Position numbers and translations under genes: made by a program. A DNA stretch of 64,000 bases from sequence record MK817115.1. The stretch is one strand, 5' to 3'. A model generated the notes under the pieces. That model did not search any database. It was not told where the DNA came from and saw only the letters and a program-made list of their open reading frames with translations. This DNA comes from Escherichia phage vB_EcoM_phAPEC6. Below, piece after piece: positions 62,795-64,000 of this stretch. How positions within the stretch are numbered: the stretch's first letter is position 1; every line of letters begins with the position of its first letter.

Positions 62795-63937
62795 ATGTTA
62801 CCTTTTGCAAGAATGGTTAAGTACGGAAATGAAGCACCAGAACCAAAACCTCTATTTAAAAATAGATTACAAGCAAATTATAATACTCGTTTTTATTTGC
62901 ATGTTAATGGTGACTTGTACTGGTATGGTTCATCTTCATTTGGACAAGGTGGTAATGGTTCATTACAATCATCCACCGTATGGACCCGTGTGAATAATAA
63001 TATTGAACGTTACTGGGGTGGTGTTCTTGGTTCCATTGCCATTAAGAATGATGGAACTATTTGGTTCACAGGTGCTAGTATAGTAATGCCACAAATCGGA
63101 ACAAATACAAATGGGGTTTGGATTGATGTAACCCAGTACTTCACTGATTTTGGTGTCAGTGCTGATGATATTGATGGTATTGCTGTTGGACAGAATTTGC
63201 GTGTATTTTTGAAAAATGGAAAATGGTTCTACTGTGGTGCTGGCGAGGGTGGTGTATTTGGTAACGCATCAACAGCTAATGTCACATCGTTCAGATACAG
63301 CACTATAGAAAATGTTAAAAGTTATGGCTGTTCTTTGCTCAGTACTGGGTTAGTTCTTGATGATGGTTCCTATTGGTATGCAGGAAATACTGTTGCTCCT
63401 GGTAGTACAACAACATCAAATATATTAAGTTTTACAAAAGACAATACGATCACCAATGCTATACAAGCTGTAAATACATACCGTACTTCATATATATTTC
63501 TTAATGATGGTTCAGTGAAGGTTGCTTCACCAAATGCATATGGTCAAGCTGGTGTAGGTAGAGTATCAGCAGTACCAATGAGTACATTAATTCCCAATTT
63601 ATCATTCCAAGGTGAAATAGAGTTGGTGGGTGGTTTATCCAACAACGAAGGGAATGGATGTGTTGTTAAAAATAATAATAAGTTATATACTTGTGGTCGA
63701 AATACCTATGGTGCATGTGGTGTTAATCAAACATCCGAAAATATACTAACTTTCACCGAAATGGTTCTTGATGCATTAGAAGGAAGACGAATTTCAGGCT
63801 TCGTAATTGATAATTTCTATTCAATGATAATTGATGAAAATAACAATTTGTATATGAGTGGTTTGGCTGAACTTGGAAATGTTCCAGCCGTGAGAGTTCC
63901 AACCAGAGTCCCCGATTCCCTTCTACCGTGGAAATAA
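62795..63937 (+). CDS. RCC1-like repeat (beta-propeller) protein, paralog 3 (more divergent)
   Basis: ORF track 380 aa; N-term MLPFARMVKYGN; motifs SSFGQGGNG, NAYGQAGVGR, NTYGACGVN. Confidence 0.6.
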   Translation: MLPFARMVKYGNEAPEPKPLFKNRLQANYNTRFYLHVNGDLYWYGSSSFGQGGNGSLQSSTVWTRVNNNIERYWGGVLGSIAIKNDGTIWFTGASIVMPQIGTNTNGVWIDVTQYFTDFGVSADDIDGIAVGQNLRVFLKNGKWFYCGAGEGGVFGNASTANVTSFRYSTIENVKSYGCSLLSTGLVLDDGSYWYAGNTVAPGSTTTSNILSFTKDNTITNAIQAVNTYRTSYIFLNDGSVKVASPNAYGQAGVGRVSAVPMSTLIPNLSFQGEIELVGGLSNNEGNGCVVKNNNKLYTCGRNTYGACGVNQTSENILTFTEMVLDALEGRRISGFVIDNFYSMIIDENNNLYMSGLAELGNVPAVRVPTRVPDSLLPWK

Positions 63938-63945
63938 TGTAATAT

Positions 63946-63975
63946 GCCAGTACTTGATGCTGGCTTTTCTTTTTT
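63946..63975 (+). terminator. intrinsic terminator
   Basis: hairpin GCCAGTA-cttga-TGCTGGC (one G-T wobble) + T-run; followed by the same TATAAT/RBS module, suggesting a fourth copy begins beyond the window. Confidence 0.55.
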
Positions 63976-64000
63976 GTATTAAATATAGTATAATGAATAA

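Noticed and set aside
1-64000. tRNA or rRNA genes
   Set aside because: I scanned by eye for the conserved T-loop GGTTCGAATCC or GGTTCAAATCC and its complement in the ORF-free and intergenic regions and found none. No rRNA-like sequence was seen. A tRNAscan run would be needed to be certain.
1-64000. Integrase, transposase or insertion-sequence features (mobile element, prophage boundary)
   Set aside because: No recombinase-like ORF, no terminal inverted repeats flanking a gene set, and no attachment-site-like tRNA. The repeats present are regulatory cassettes and paralog arrays.

Overview
The window looks like an AT-rich virulent bacteriophage genome segment, probably from a large myovirus-type phage. 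This is an inference from gene organisation only, because no structural or replication genes were recognised. Almost everything from about 60.3 kb down to position 83 is transcribed leftward (minus strand); only three tandem genes at 60.3-64.0 kb are on the plus strand.

Main content, from left to right:
- 0.2-29.4 kb: a tandem array of about 50 paralogous genes (100-200 aa) sharing the core motif [DE][DE]x[FYL]FQxS[TL][VI] ('family A'), interspersed with a few unrelated small genes.
- 29.4-35.6 kb (plus outliers at 14.7-15.1 and 27.6-28.1 kb): about 32 paralogous ~70-aa genes sharing an LGT[ND]xQE motif ('family B').
- 35.8-54.1 kb: about 50 small unique 'early-type' genes, most with their own sigma70-like promoter followed by a GC-rich 5' hairpin and a Shine-Dalgarno site. 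This resembles the promoter-early stem-loop (PeSL) cassettes described in T4-type phages. Recognisable products here are a Ser/Thr kinase-like protein, a GNAT acetyltransferase, a TraR/DksA-type zinc-finger protein and a signal-peptide protein.
- 54.1-56.0 kb: an ORF-free region dense in direct and inverted repeats and outward-facing promoters.
- 56.0-60.3 kb: a third tandem array of about 18 paralogous ~60-aa genes ('family C').
- 60.3-64.0 kb: three tandem paralogous RCC1-like beta-propeller repeat genes, each followed by the same terminator.

No rRNA, tRNA, CRISPR array, integrase or transposase was recognised. Most products are of unknown function. All family assignments rest on motifs read by eye; no database search was possible. 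My own nucleotide coordinates for non-coding features may be off by 1-2 nt; CDS coordinates follow the supplied ORF track except where a start was moved to an internal Met behind a clear Shine-Dalgarno site.
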